Positions 17,673 to 26,517 are shown, counted from the stretch's first letter. The stretch is DNA of 32,000 nt from Sedimentisphaerales bacterium (GCA_035528395.1 DATKYR010000156.1:1-32000); one strand, 5' to 3'. Numbers and translations are program-made. Notes: generated by a model not told the origin, from the letters alone.

Positions 17673-18089
17673 TTACTCAATACCGACCCAACCTGTTCTC
17701 ACGTTATAAATGAAGTTACCTCTCAGACGAGTACTGATGTACACACTATCACCATTGATGGCAAAAACAGCTTGCAGCGTTTTGTCTATCTTGATTTGTG
17801 CTGCTCCTGACCGGGATAGTGCGTCGTGAAGGTCTGTTCCATATTGCAGAATCTGATTATCGGAAAAGCCCGCTCGTCGCATTACTCGTACAATGTCATC
17901 GGAGCTTAAAGTGAGTACCTCCTGGTGGTTCAATGGTATGACCTCAAAACCTCTTTGAGCACAACTAACCACACCCAAAGCCAGAAGCGCCAGCAACAAT
18001 GACACAATAATCACACCACTGCCATTAATTCTTTTTTTGCGACTAATCGGCTTCACAGCTCTTTTATCTCCTTTTAATATGTTTTTCAT
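17673..18089 (-). CDS. Lipoprotein translationally coupled to the secretin (pilotin candidate)
   Basis: 138 aa. Basic N-region, a hydrophobic helix and the lipobox LGVVSC. Its ATG (18089) overlaps the secretin stop at 18086-18088 (ATGA). Confidence 0.6.
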   Translation of the reverse strand: MKNILKGDKRAVKPISRKKRINGSGVIIVSLLLALLALGVVSCAQRGFEVIPLNHQEVLTLSSDDIVRVMRRAGFSDNQILQYGTDLHDALSRSGAAQIKIDKTLQAVFAINGDSVYISTRLRGNFIYNVRTGWVGIE

Positions 18090-21000
18090 CTCATCGGGCG
18101 CGATAAACTTTCCCGAAGACTCGTCTTAAAATCTCCACCCATCGATCTTATCGGAGGCTGAATTGCAGGCGTCTGAGGTTGGGCGAAATCGAGGGGTCGG
18201 CTTGACTCCGGAATTATGTTTGCCGTGACGAAGACAGCGATTTCCCTGCTGGACTCAACGTTGTTTTTATTTTTAAACAGTCCTCCCACGAGCGGAAGAT
18301 TACTGAGGCCAGGGGTGCGTCTCTTCTCCAAACGCGTTCGGTTCTCCATCAGGCCGGCCAGTGCAACTGTTCCGCCGTTATGAATGCGTACCGTGTTAGA
18401 GGATGTACGCCGCGTAACAACCGGAAGGTCACTTCCTCTACCGCGAGGTATGCTGTCACTGACCTCGATGGCCATCTCAAGTGTAATATCATTATTGTCC
18501 CCGATGTGGGGTGTGATACTTAACCTGGTGCCGGACTCAATTTTCTCCAGTTCAGAACGGGTGTAGTAGAAGCTGGCTTCCCCCGAGGTCATCATATAGT
18601 ACTCTTCGGTCATGACATTGATTTCTGCCACCTTGCCGTCTTGAGCCAACACCTGAGGTTTAGCCAGTATGGTAGCCTCATCATTCTGAGCGAGCAGGTT
18701 CAGCGCTAATGACAGTGAATTGGTAAATGTTGCGTCGGGCGTATAGCCAATTTGGAGACCCGACGCCGTTTTGCCGCCGAAGTCAACCATCCCCGAGGTC
18801 CCGCGTCCAAAGAGCTGATTTGTGAAAAGTCCGGCGTTAATCGTGGGCCAACTCCACTCGACACCCATGTTCAGTAGGTCACCGCGTTCCATTACCACAA
18901 CCCGCGCATCCAGGAGTACCTGGGAGCGGTGTCGGTCGATTTTCTTCATGTCTGAGACGATACGCTCCATCAAAACCGGCGGAGCTGTAACAACCACTGT
19001 GTAGGTGTCGGTCCCGGGCCGGCCAATTTCGGCCTGAACGTAAGCCTGGAAAGGAGTGGATAAAAGTCCCACTGCTGCCTGAGACGTGATGTAGTTCAGT
19101 TTTATCCGGCGTGTTTCACTCACAACCGGGAACAACGCACTTGTTGGGTCCCCTGAACAAACCAAATAATAATACGGTGTCTTCTTGACAACATAAGGAG
19201 TGCCGGCCAGGACAATCTCGAGGGCCCTGTCAAGCGGCACATTTTCAAGAGTGCAGGTTACCGCCCCTATGACGGTCTCATCGGGGATAATAGTAACGCC
19301 CGCCATTGATGCAATGTCCTGAAGCGCCCCAGCGACATCCGCATCAACCCAGACATTGCTGATAAGCGGTTCTTGAGGAGCAAGCAGGTTTGGCTCTTCC
19401 GGAGCTTCCCGCGTGATCAGAAGGTTTTCCAATTGTGCTCGAATCTTGGCAATATCCCTCTCTAAAGGTGTTTTCGGCTCCTCCTCAACCGCAGGAGCTG
19501 GCGTAGGCGTAATGGTGGCCTCCGTCCCAGGAGGCATTTTCCACTCAGGGGCTTCCGGCACAATGGCCGTGGGCCCAAGAGGTGTCGTTGCAGTAGGTGT
19601 CGGCGCAGGAATAGGGGGTATCGGCTCGGATATGCGCGGCGCAGGACGCCTTGCCGATTCCGGCAAATCATCCCTATAGTTCTCCGTAATGTTAGTGTAT
19701 GACTTACTCGGGAACTCGAAACCTTCTTTTGAAAGTGTAATCTCACCGCTCCAATCATATGGCACTTCAATAATGAATCTGCCCCTGGAGTCGGTGATAC
19801 CGGTGCCTCCGCCATTATTTGCTGCGACCTTTACACCTTCGATAGGTGTTCCGCCGACCATAACCGCACTGGAGATGGTGAACGTCCGCAGTATCGCAGA
19901 ATATTCCTGATTTGTCTGGTCCTTGGTAACAACAGGGTACGGTTTATTAGTCGGCCTGAATGTATAACCTACCTTTGTCGGTGTTATTTTGCCGCGCCAG
20001 CCGTAATCCACCGTCAATTCGTACTCGCCGTTAGCATTGGTTGTCGTGGAACCTCCGCCAGCGTCTGCTAATAAAAATACCTCTTCGACCGTTTCGCCCT
20101 TGTCAGAGCGTATCATACCAGAGATGGTTTGCTTCAACAATGTTGCGATGTAGTTCTGGTCATACTCAGGGCCGAAAAGTGCAGGATATTGTGTCTCAGA
20201 CGGGTCAAAGTTATAACCTGGCTTTGTCGGCCTGACCGTGCCGTCCCAGCCGTACTTAACGACGGCGCTGTAAGTGCCGTCCTCATTACTAATAACGGCT
20301 TTACCCGGAAGACCTTTTATTACCGCAGAGTCTGTTCCAACAGAACCGCTAATCGTAAAGGTAATCTCTTTAGAAGTGTAGTTCTGGCTCTTCTGGTCTT
20401 CGCTAATGAGACTGTATACGTTACTGGGCGGGGTGAACTCGTAACCTTCTTTTATGGGCGTAACCATACCGCTCCAGCCATAGTCAACAGTGGCACTGTA
20501 CGAGCCGCCTGCACCGGTATTCGGATCATCAGGCAGGCCATCCATTGTTACGCCGTCCGTACCAACGGTACCGGAGATGGTTAATGTAATCATTGTCGGA
20601 CTGAAATCCTGATTGGTCCGTTCGCTGGTAAGTTTAGTGTAGTTAATCGTAGCCGGTTTAAAAGTCCAACCTGCCTTTACCGGCTTGACCGTCCCGTCCC
20701 AGCCGTATTCAATGCTGGCACTGTAATATCCGCTGACATCGGTAAAAACAGCAGCGCCCGGCAGACCCTGCATTTCCACACCGTCCATACCAGCCGTGCC
20801 GGATATAGTAAAGGTCATCACATTCGCAGTGTAATCCTGATTGGCTTGAACACCGATAAGGTCACTGTATGGCATTTCTGCCGGCTCAAAGGTATAACCA
20901 TCCTTTGTCGGGCTGACCGTGCCGCTCCAGCCGTATTCAACCGCGGCGCTGTAAGTGCCGTTCACACCGGAAGTCGGATTACCCGGCAGACCGTTCATTA

Positions 21001-21613
21001 CTACACCCTCCACCACTCCGGCGGAACCGGAAATTGTAAAGGTAATCAGTGTACCTCTATAGTCCTGATTCATCTGGTTCCTGGTAACAGCAGAGTATGG
21101 CTTACTGGTTGGCGTGAAGATGTAACCAACCTTCGTTGGCGTAACCGTACCGCTCCAGTCGTAGTCCACGATGGCCCTGTAAGTGCCGTCGCTGCCGGTA
21201 ATCGGACTACCCGGCAGACCCTCCATTACTACACCTTCCATACGGGTTGTACCCGAAATAACAAAGGTCTCCAGCGTTGCCGTATAATCCTGATTACTTT
21301 GGTCGCTGGTAACTTTGGGGTAGGGTCTGTTAGCTGGTTCGAAGGTGTAACCCGCCTTTACGGGTGTAACTGTACCGCTCCAGCCGTATTTAACGGCGTC
21401 ACTATAATTGCCGTTCTCGTCGGTAACAGGATTGTTCGGCAGACCTTGCATAGTCACGCCGCTAAGCCCTGGTACTGAACCGGAGATGGTGTAAGTTATC
21501 GCTTTGCCTTCGATCGCTGCCTGGACGCTGATATTCAACGCGCAGAGCAAAATTAGCACGCAGAGGACAATTACGCCGTCCGATAAAACTCTACCAATGT
21601 TTTTCCTTGCCAT
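18086..21613 (-). CDS. Giant secretin-family outer-membrane channel with eight N-terminal beta-sandwich-type repeats and a Pro-rich linker
   Basis: The C-terminal ~300 aa carry the secretin signature: QVLAQDGKVAEINV..., LPVVTRRTSSNTVRIHNGGTVALAGL, and TPGLSNLPLVGGLFKNKNNVESSREIAVFVTANII. A Secretin_N-like segment is present (VWVDADVAGALQDIASMAGVTIIPDETVIGAVTCTLENVPLDRALEIVL). There is a signal/anchor at the N-terminus. Confidence 0.9.
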   Translation of the reverse strand: MARKNIGRVLSDGVIVLCVLILLCALNISVQAAIEGKAITYTISGSVPGLSGVTMQGLPNNPVTDENGNYSDAVKYGWSGTVTPVKAGYTFEPANRPYPKVTSDQSNQDYTATLETFVISGTTRMEGVVMEGLPGSPITGSDGTYRAIVDYDWSGTVTPTKVGYIFTPTSKPYSAVTRNQMNQDYRGTLITFTISGSAGVVEGVVMNGLPGNPTSGVNGTYSAAVEYGWSGTVSPTKDGYTFEPAEMPYSDLIGVQANQDYTANVMTFTISGTAGMDGVEMQGLPGAAVFTDVSGYYSASIEYGWDGTVKPVKAGWTFKPATINYTKLTSERTNQDFSPTMITLTISGTVGTDGVTMDGLPDDPNTGAGGSYSATVDYGWSGMVTPIKEGYEFTPPSNVYSLISEDQKSQNYTSKEITFTISGSVGTDSAVIKGLPGKAVISNEDGTYSAVVKYGWDGTVRPTKPGYNFDPSETQYPALFGPEYDQNYIATLLKQTISGMIRSDKGETVEEVFLLADAGGGSTTTNANGEYELTVDYGWRGKITPTKVGYTFRPTNKPYPVVTKDQTNQEYSAILRTFTISSAVMVGGTPIEGVKVAANNGGGTGITDSRGRFIIEVPYDWSGEITLSKEGFEFPSKSYTNITENYRDDLPESARRPAPRISEPIPPIPAPTPTATTPLGPTAIVPEAPEWKMPPGTEATITPTPAPAVEEEPKTPLERDIAKIRAQLENLLITREAPEEPNLLAPQEPLISNVWVDADVAGALQDIASMAGVTIIPDETVIGAVTCTLENVPLDRALEIVLAGTPYVVKKTPYYYLVCSGDPTSALFPVVSETRRIKLNYITSQAAVGLLSTPFQAYVQAEIGRPGTDTYTVVVTAPPVLMERIVSDMKKIDRHRSQVLLDARVVVMERGDLLNMGVEWSWPTINAGLFTNQLFGRGTSGMVDFGGKTASGLQIGYTPDATFTNSLSLALNLLAQNDEATILAKPQVLAQDGKVAEINVMTEEYYMMTSGEASFYYTRSELEKIESGTRLSITPHIGDNNDITLEMAIEVSDSIPRGRGSDLPVVTRRTSSNTVRIHNGGTVALAGLMENRTRLEKRRTPGLSNLPLVGGLFKNKNNVESSREIAVFVTANIIPESSRPLDFAQPQTPAIQPPIRSMGGDFKTSLRESLSRPMR
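19650..21496 (-). repeat. Eight tandem ~75-83-aa coding repeats within the secretin gene
   Basis: Unit pattern: TFTISG..G..GV.M.GLPG.P....G.Y.A.V.YGWSGTV.P.K.GY.F.P....Y......Q.NQDY. The 14-mer ccgctccagccgta and its variants begin at 21375, 21150, 20922, 20694, 20469, 20241, 19992 and 19746, a spacing of 225-249 nt. Confidence 0.9.
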
Positions 21614-21720
21614 AAGTCAATGTACCTTTCTGTAGCCATTAACCGGCAATACTACAGCTCCTTTGCCTTGTATCGGCAATTCAGCTTCTTTCTTTAGTAA
21701 AAAATCTCTTTGCCAGCACG

Positions 21721-23397
21721 CTACCATTGAACTGTTATTTTTTCTCCAAGCTCCTCTTCTAACTTCACAACTTCAACAATCTTCAGTTGCCCCTGGGGCA
21801 GAACCCGTATACCTATTTGTTTGGTTGCTACCTCCCCGGGAGCATATTCTAAAACCGCCGCAAGACGGTATGTACCCTCAGAAACATTTGAAAAATCGAT
21901 AATTCCAGAGAAATCCCTGACCTCAAGCGGCAGCATTAGATCTGATTTGCTGCTGCTGAGCGTTGTCAATGCTCTGGGCCTACCCGTTGGGTCTGCTGCG
22001 TCTACAACTGCAGCTCTGCACCTGATAGGGGTAAAGTGGATGCGTCCGAAATTACCGAACCGGGCGACAATATAATACTGTGAGCCCCCCTTGAGGGCGG
22101 GGCTTAGCTTCATTGCATGGACGAAAGGTTCGGCACTGACGCTATCGTCTGTAACACAAACATTTGCGGTTGTTACGCCGCCCTTCTGGCCGTCCGGATA
22201 AGTGCTGAACATACCAAGAAGCGCGTAATAACAGGGATACGCCACTGCAGATTTCGGCATCGTTGCAGTGACGCGTATGCTCTGCTGACTCATGCTGCGT
22301 AGTGTGAAACTCTCCGGCTCTATCTTCACCCACTCGGTGCAGTCCAAATCATCCCCCTTCAAGTCGCCGAAAGCTGTCCCCTGAAGATTACCCGGTAACG
22401 CCAAACCCGTTTGAATGTTGACCGTCTCATCCGAAGCGTTACGGATTCTTATCGCTGTCGTGCGTGTAGCCCCCGGCCGGCAATTTATGAGAACATTACT
22501 CGGCAGCACATCAAGCGGCGCATCGGTCGCGACCTTCTTGATGCTCGAGTCACCGGCAAAATTTAGCTCCTTTTCAATCCTTTTTGCACGCCGGCCGTCC
22601 ACATAAAGCACGCCGGATATCCTGTACTTCCCGGATGGCAGAGACCGCTCGATGTCATGTTTTAATTTGAATTCGGCCCCCGGGATGATACTGACACCTC
22701 TGAATTCCGCATCGGTAACTTCTCGCCAGTGCCCATCCAAGAAACCTCTTACTTTTGCGAAGGCCTTTAAGCGGGAATAGGTCCCGCCATTATTTGAAAT
22801 ATCCATTGAGACCATTGTTGTTGCAGGTTTGCCTCCAACGCTCTCAACAAGCTCCAGCCCGATTTTCTCAAGCTCTATATTGTGGCGCATTGGCCGACCC
22901 TGTACCTCAGCGAGAATGGGAACCAAAAATCGCAGGATCACAGTAATATCTGTTGCGTCGGGCCTGGCCCTAAGGGTGGCTAAAATCCCCGCAGTGTAAA
23001 ATCCACGGATACCAGGCGGCACCCTTAAAAACACTTCTACAGATTTTGCATCCATTGGGCCAAGATCAACACTCCCAGGTCTAAATCTTATCCATTCCTT
23101 GCACGAAGAAAGAGCTGATGTGTCAAAATCATCGTTGTTAGGATCCTCAAGAATTCGCCACTCACCATCCTCCCACTGGGTCAGCTCGACTACCGACAAA
23201 TCTATTGAGTGGGCTTCGTTAGGGTCGAGGCTTTGAAGGTCGAGGGTCGTCTTGAATATCCTACCGGGTCGGACCGCAAGATCCATCTTCATAGGCTGGA
23301 CTAAAAACTGGCCAAATGCAGGCCCAGCAGACGCAAGTACCGCTATTGCGATAACCAGGACTATATTATGGTTATGAACACCATTTTGCTTTCCCAC
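21721..23397 (-). CDS. Secreted protein with two tandem DUF916/DUF3324-like (CscA-type, Ig-like) modules
   Basis: Signal peptide ...IVLVIAIAVLASAGPAFG|QF. I prefer the GTG start at 23397, which sits 7 nt after GGGAGG. The ORF track starts at a TTG at 23412. By eye, the two halves repeat the same pattern of beta-strand-rich segments (see finding). Confidence 0.7.
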   Translation of the reverse strand: MGKQNGVHNHNIVLVIAIAVLASAGPAFGQFLVQPMKMDLAVRPGRIFKTTLDLQSLDPNEAHSIDLSVVELTQWEDGEWRILEDPNNDDFDTSALSSCKEWIRFRPGSVDLGPMDAKSVEVFLRVPPGIRGFYTAGILATLRARPDATDITVILRFLVPILAEVQGRPMRHNIELEKIGLELVESVGGKPATTMVSMDISNNGGTYSRLKAFAKVRGFLDGHWREVTDAEFRGVSIIPGAEFKLKHDIERSLPSGKYRISGVLYVDGRRAKRIEKELNFAGDSSIKKVATDAPLDVLPSNVLINCRPGATRTTAIRIRNASDETVNIQTGLALPGNLQGTAFGDLKGDDLDCTEWVKIEPESFTLRSMSQQSIRVTATMPKSAVAYPCYYALLGMFSTYPDGQKGGVTTANVCVTDDSVSAEPFVHAMKLSPALKGGSQYYIVARFGNFGRIHFTPIRCRAAVVDAADPTGRPRALTTLSSSKSDLMLPLEVRDFSGIIDFSNVSEGTYRLAAVLEYAPGEVATKQIGIRVLPQGQLKIVEVVKLEEELGEKITVQW

Positions 23398-23731
23398 TTT
23401 TTTTCCTCCCAAAAGCTGATTTCCACGAACCTATAACTCTTTGTTATGAAGTCGAATAATATTGAAAAGACAATTTTAAAGCTCCTCGTTCGTTCACCAT
23501 TCTGAGTTTATTATTGCATTTTTGTGGTAAATTTCCGCGATTATGCACCAATATTGAGTCTTTTACCTTTTCGGCAAATTAACATCTTTACTTTTTATAA
23601 ATCCTTGTAAAATCCCCACAAGCACTGCCAATCCCCAATTTTATGCAATTACAAGCCACTTAATACACCCTCGCTTGATAACGACATTTACACTTACTTT
23701 CCCTTCCTATGCCTGCGTTCAATTATTACCA

Positions 23732-23760
23732 AGTTTAACACTTTCCAGTCTGGATGTCAA
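23732..23760 (-). promoter_or_regulatory. Sigma70-like promoter TTGACA-N17-TAAACT upstream of the 560-aa/secretin/lipoprotein genes
   Basis: On the plus strand, tgtcaa at 23755-23760 and agttta at 23732-23737 are separated by 17 nt. This would give a ~330-nt leader. Confidence 0.35.
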
Positions 23761-23802
23761 GTATAATTTGCCCAAAACGCCCAAATTAACAAAAATGTTT
23801 GT

Positions 23803-23844
23803 AAAAATTTAGGGAGGGGCAGATTTTACATCCGTCCCTCCCTA
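23803..23844 (-). terminator. Intrinsic terminator after the 202-aa secreted-protein gene
   Basis: Perfect 9-bp G/C-rich stem: tagggaggg 23810-23818 with ccctcccta 23836-23844. On the minus strand it is followed by AATTTTTAC. It lies ~50 nt downstream of the stop at 23895. Confidence 0.6.
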
Positions 23845-23894
23845 TATCAACATCTACATACTTTCCTAACAATCACACCTGTAGGGGATTAAGT

Positions 23895-24503
23895 CTATTG
23901 AGGAGCTGTCGGACCACCTCCCTGCCAGGTACCTTCCCACGACGCATAGGATTGGTCGGGTTTAACAGTTATCCAAAGATCTGCAACGTGAATCTCGTCA
24001 CCCTGCGCACCGGCATCCCAGATCTGGATATCCCAGGCCTTGATACAAACCTTACGCGTGTGCCATTGGCCGTTACCGGGGACTACACTGGGGTTAAGAC
24101 CCTCAGCAGCTTCGTAATAGACCTTCTCCTTGTCGGCTCCCCACCAGGAGACCTTATTCTCAACCTTGCCGCCCAATTTTGCATCAAAGTTGGCCCTTAC
24201 CTTAATCTCCTCGCAATCACGGTAGCACGGGAAGTCTTCTGTGGCGCTCTTGGGGTATGGATCTAATCCATCGTTACAGGGTACCTGTTTTAGCTTGATC
24301 TTATAGTCCGCGCACTTCTCCAATTGTACATAGTAACCCACATCCATAAGTATAGGTATAGAACATACGGGCACATATATGTACTCATAGGGCCACATAC
24401 CGTCAAACTTCTGCATGTTTTTTCCAGGGTCCACCGCTTGGACCGAGGCTGTCAGGAAAGCTACAACTGCAATCGTAAATAAAATTTTCTTTACCATTTT
24501 CAT
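23895..24503 (-). CDS. Small secreted Cys-rich protein with a WxL-like C-terminal strand (putative surface or fibre subunit)
   Basis: 202 aa. Signal peptide MKMVKKILFTIAVVAFLTASVQA|V and six Cys. The C-terminal part is ...GDEIHVADLWITVKPDQ.... RBS GAGAGGGAA is present. An alternative ATG lies at 24497. Confidence 0.7.
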   Translation of the reverse strand: MKMVKKILFTIAVVAFLTASVQAVDPGKNMQKFDGMWPYEYIYVPVCSIPILMDVGYYVQLEKCADYKIKLKQVPCNDGLDPYPKSATEDFPCYRDCEEIKVRANFDAKLGGKVENKVSWWGADKEKVYYEAAEGLNPSVVPGNGQWHTRKVCIKAWDIQIWDAGAQGDEIHVADLWITVKPDQSYASWEGTWQGGGPTAPQ

Positions 24504-24943
24504 TTCCCTCTCAATTCTTATTGCTCCTTAAATGCCTTTATTGGCCTGTGGAGCTAATTCAGTTCCTTCGCCCAGGCCCAACGAATGCCTGAGCCACACA
24601 ATCAGCGGGCTGAATTTTTTTGCCGACTCCTGCAAATTTGCCCGCTTTACTGCCTGAGTCGTGGCCCCTAATAATACGATTCAAATCTGCGATTTTTAGT
24701 CCCAGTTATCAATCGTTTTACCGCCTCAAGACCGGGCCTGGTTCTTCAGGCGGCTCGCAAGCATCCTTTCGCTCGCGAGTTGTCACTTTTCACTACCTCA
24801 CACCTCCTTTCTCCCCTACCCTTTTCAAGGAAGGGGCTTTCGTTCGTTTTTTGGATAATGTCTATCCACAAACCCTGGGCATATTTAATCAACTAATTAT
24901 TACGCAGTTAAGTCCTCCTCTTTTTCATCACTATCTTCTCCAA

Positions 24944-25471
24944 TTAATGCGGTGGCGGCATTACCGTAAATGTAAGAGCTCCTGTGTATCTTCCCGCATA
25001 GTCGAAGTGAGTGGCCTGCAGCTTGAAATTCAACTCAATGTTATGTGAGCCGGTTTCCGGCTCCGATATAACCACCGGTTTTGCCATTCTGGTATATTCT
25101 TCTTTCATTATCGGCGCATTTATCAAAATGCGCTCAGGCTGTATGGTGAAGCCTTTGGAATGCTTAAGCGCCGTCACTGAGGCTACAATCGGGCCGTGCA
25201 GACAGTTAGATTCCACATGCACCGTTAACGACGCTGCCGCCGAGCGATAGATGCTTGGAAACATAGCATGTCCAGGTCCTAAAATGGGGTCTGCAAATGT
25301 AGGCCTGTCAAAATCAAGTACGTTCGATGTGGTGGATATGCTGACGAATGGGCCAGTATCCGGCTGGATAGTAAATGTGCCGGAGAGCGGGCCAGAATCC
25401 GCCTGGGCAATACCAGCCAGCCCGAGCATAACCATAATAGTTGTCCAAGTTATTACTACTAACTTTTTCAT
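24944..25471 (-). CDS. Small secreted beta-rich protein with a fimbrial-subunit/WxL-like C-terminus
   Basis: Start set at MKKLVV (ATG at 25471), preceded by GGGGGGAGAA. Signal peptide ...MLGLAGIAQA|D. The protein ends ...HNIELNFKLQATHFDYAGRYTGALTFTVMPPPH. Confidence 0.7.
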   Translation of the reverse strand: MKKLVVITWTTIMVMLGLAGIAQADSGPLSGTFTIQPDTGPFVSISTTSNVLDFDRPTFADPILGPGHAMFPSIYRSAAASLTVHVESNCLHGPIVASVTALKHSKGFTIQPERILINAPIMKEEYTRMAKPVVISEPETGSHNIELNFKLQATHFDYAGRYTGALTFTVMPPPH

Positions 25472-25832
25472 AGCGTTCTCCCCCCAAAAACTACTTTCAA
25501 AAAATAATTTTTCTGCCGCCAAAGGGCAGCAGCAAGCCCAACTTTTTTACCGGATTTAAGACGCTTCGTTTTGCTTTTGTTGTCTCGGCACCTACTACAT
25601 TAGTGCCGTCCTTTATATTAGCTACGCAGCGTCTCCTCATCACTTGGCTAAGTTTTGCAAGACGGGCCGAAAGCGGGGATATAAAGAAAGGACGTATGTG
25701 ATGTCATTTCATCTCTCCTCATCATCACTCTCCTCACTCCCGGCTTGGCACCAAAGACAGATTAGCGCCGGACAAGCAAAGCCTCAAGTACAAATAAAAC
25801 GAACATCATAAGTAAGCCTTGCTAACTTGCCG

Positions 25833-25861
25833 AATTTAACATTTTTCTTTCTGTATGTCAA
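25833..25861 (-). promoter_or_regulatory. Sigma70-like promoter TTGACA-N17-TAAATT upstream of the 175-aa gene
   Basis: On the plus strand, tgtcaa at 25856-25861 and aattta at 25833-25838 are separated by 17 nt. It has the same architecture as the site at 23732-23760 and would give a ~350-nt leader. Confidence 0.35.
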
Positions 25862-26517
25862 TAGCTAAATTCTAAAAATTAGCTTTTTTTTACTGTTTTT
25901 GCTCATTAACTCATTTTCATTATTCTACCCAATCTCACCTATAATGTCAACGGTTATTTTACCTATTTTTCCGCATTTAGCTATTTCCTCTATTTTTTAG
26001 GACCCTAATCCTCTCCGGCCAACCTGTACCAGACGAGTCAGCCAATCCTCAAGTTTATGTAAGGTTTTGTAAAATAAGGAGATACAACACAAAATATATA
26101 GTCATAATTGCATTTCGGTTGCTGGCAGGACTTGTGAAGTCTTCCAATATGCACAATCGGTCACAAAAAAAATTTTTGCATCGTTTACCTTTATTTTGAA
26201 CAGATTGAGCAATATCTTTTGATGAATTTACTATTCCCTGCCGCAGAGTCAAATCCCTGTGAATAAAGGTTTTTTTTGAGTTGGTTTCACTCGAACAGTC
26301 TTTTAAATAGATGTGCATCTCTGCGATTAAGCTTGGCCCCCGGTTCAGACGCAGCTAAATTTAAGCCTGTGTTTGAGTGTCTATGATTCTTATCAATTGT
26401 TATTTGTGTTCGCAGGCAAAAATGGGTTTATCGTTCTGAGCAATACGGTTTACGCAATTTGCTCTTATAGTCAGTTTTACAGGTCTAATTCACACCAAAA
26501 GCTCGCCTTTAATCTTC

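Noticed and set aside
24620-25048. 142-aa plus-strand ORF spanning the spacer between the two small secreted-protein genes
   Set aside because: It overlaps the 3' end of the 175-aa gene on the opposite strand. It has no RBS and a Pro/Ser-rich low-complexity translation, and it would be a lone plus-strand gene inside a minus-strand cluster.
26055-26318. 87-aa minus-strand ORF in the AT-rich gap
   Set aside because: It has no RBS and no recognisable motif, and its AT-driven composition is typical of chance ORFs. It is kept only as a note in the finding on the gap.
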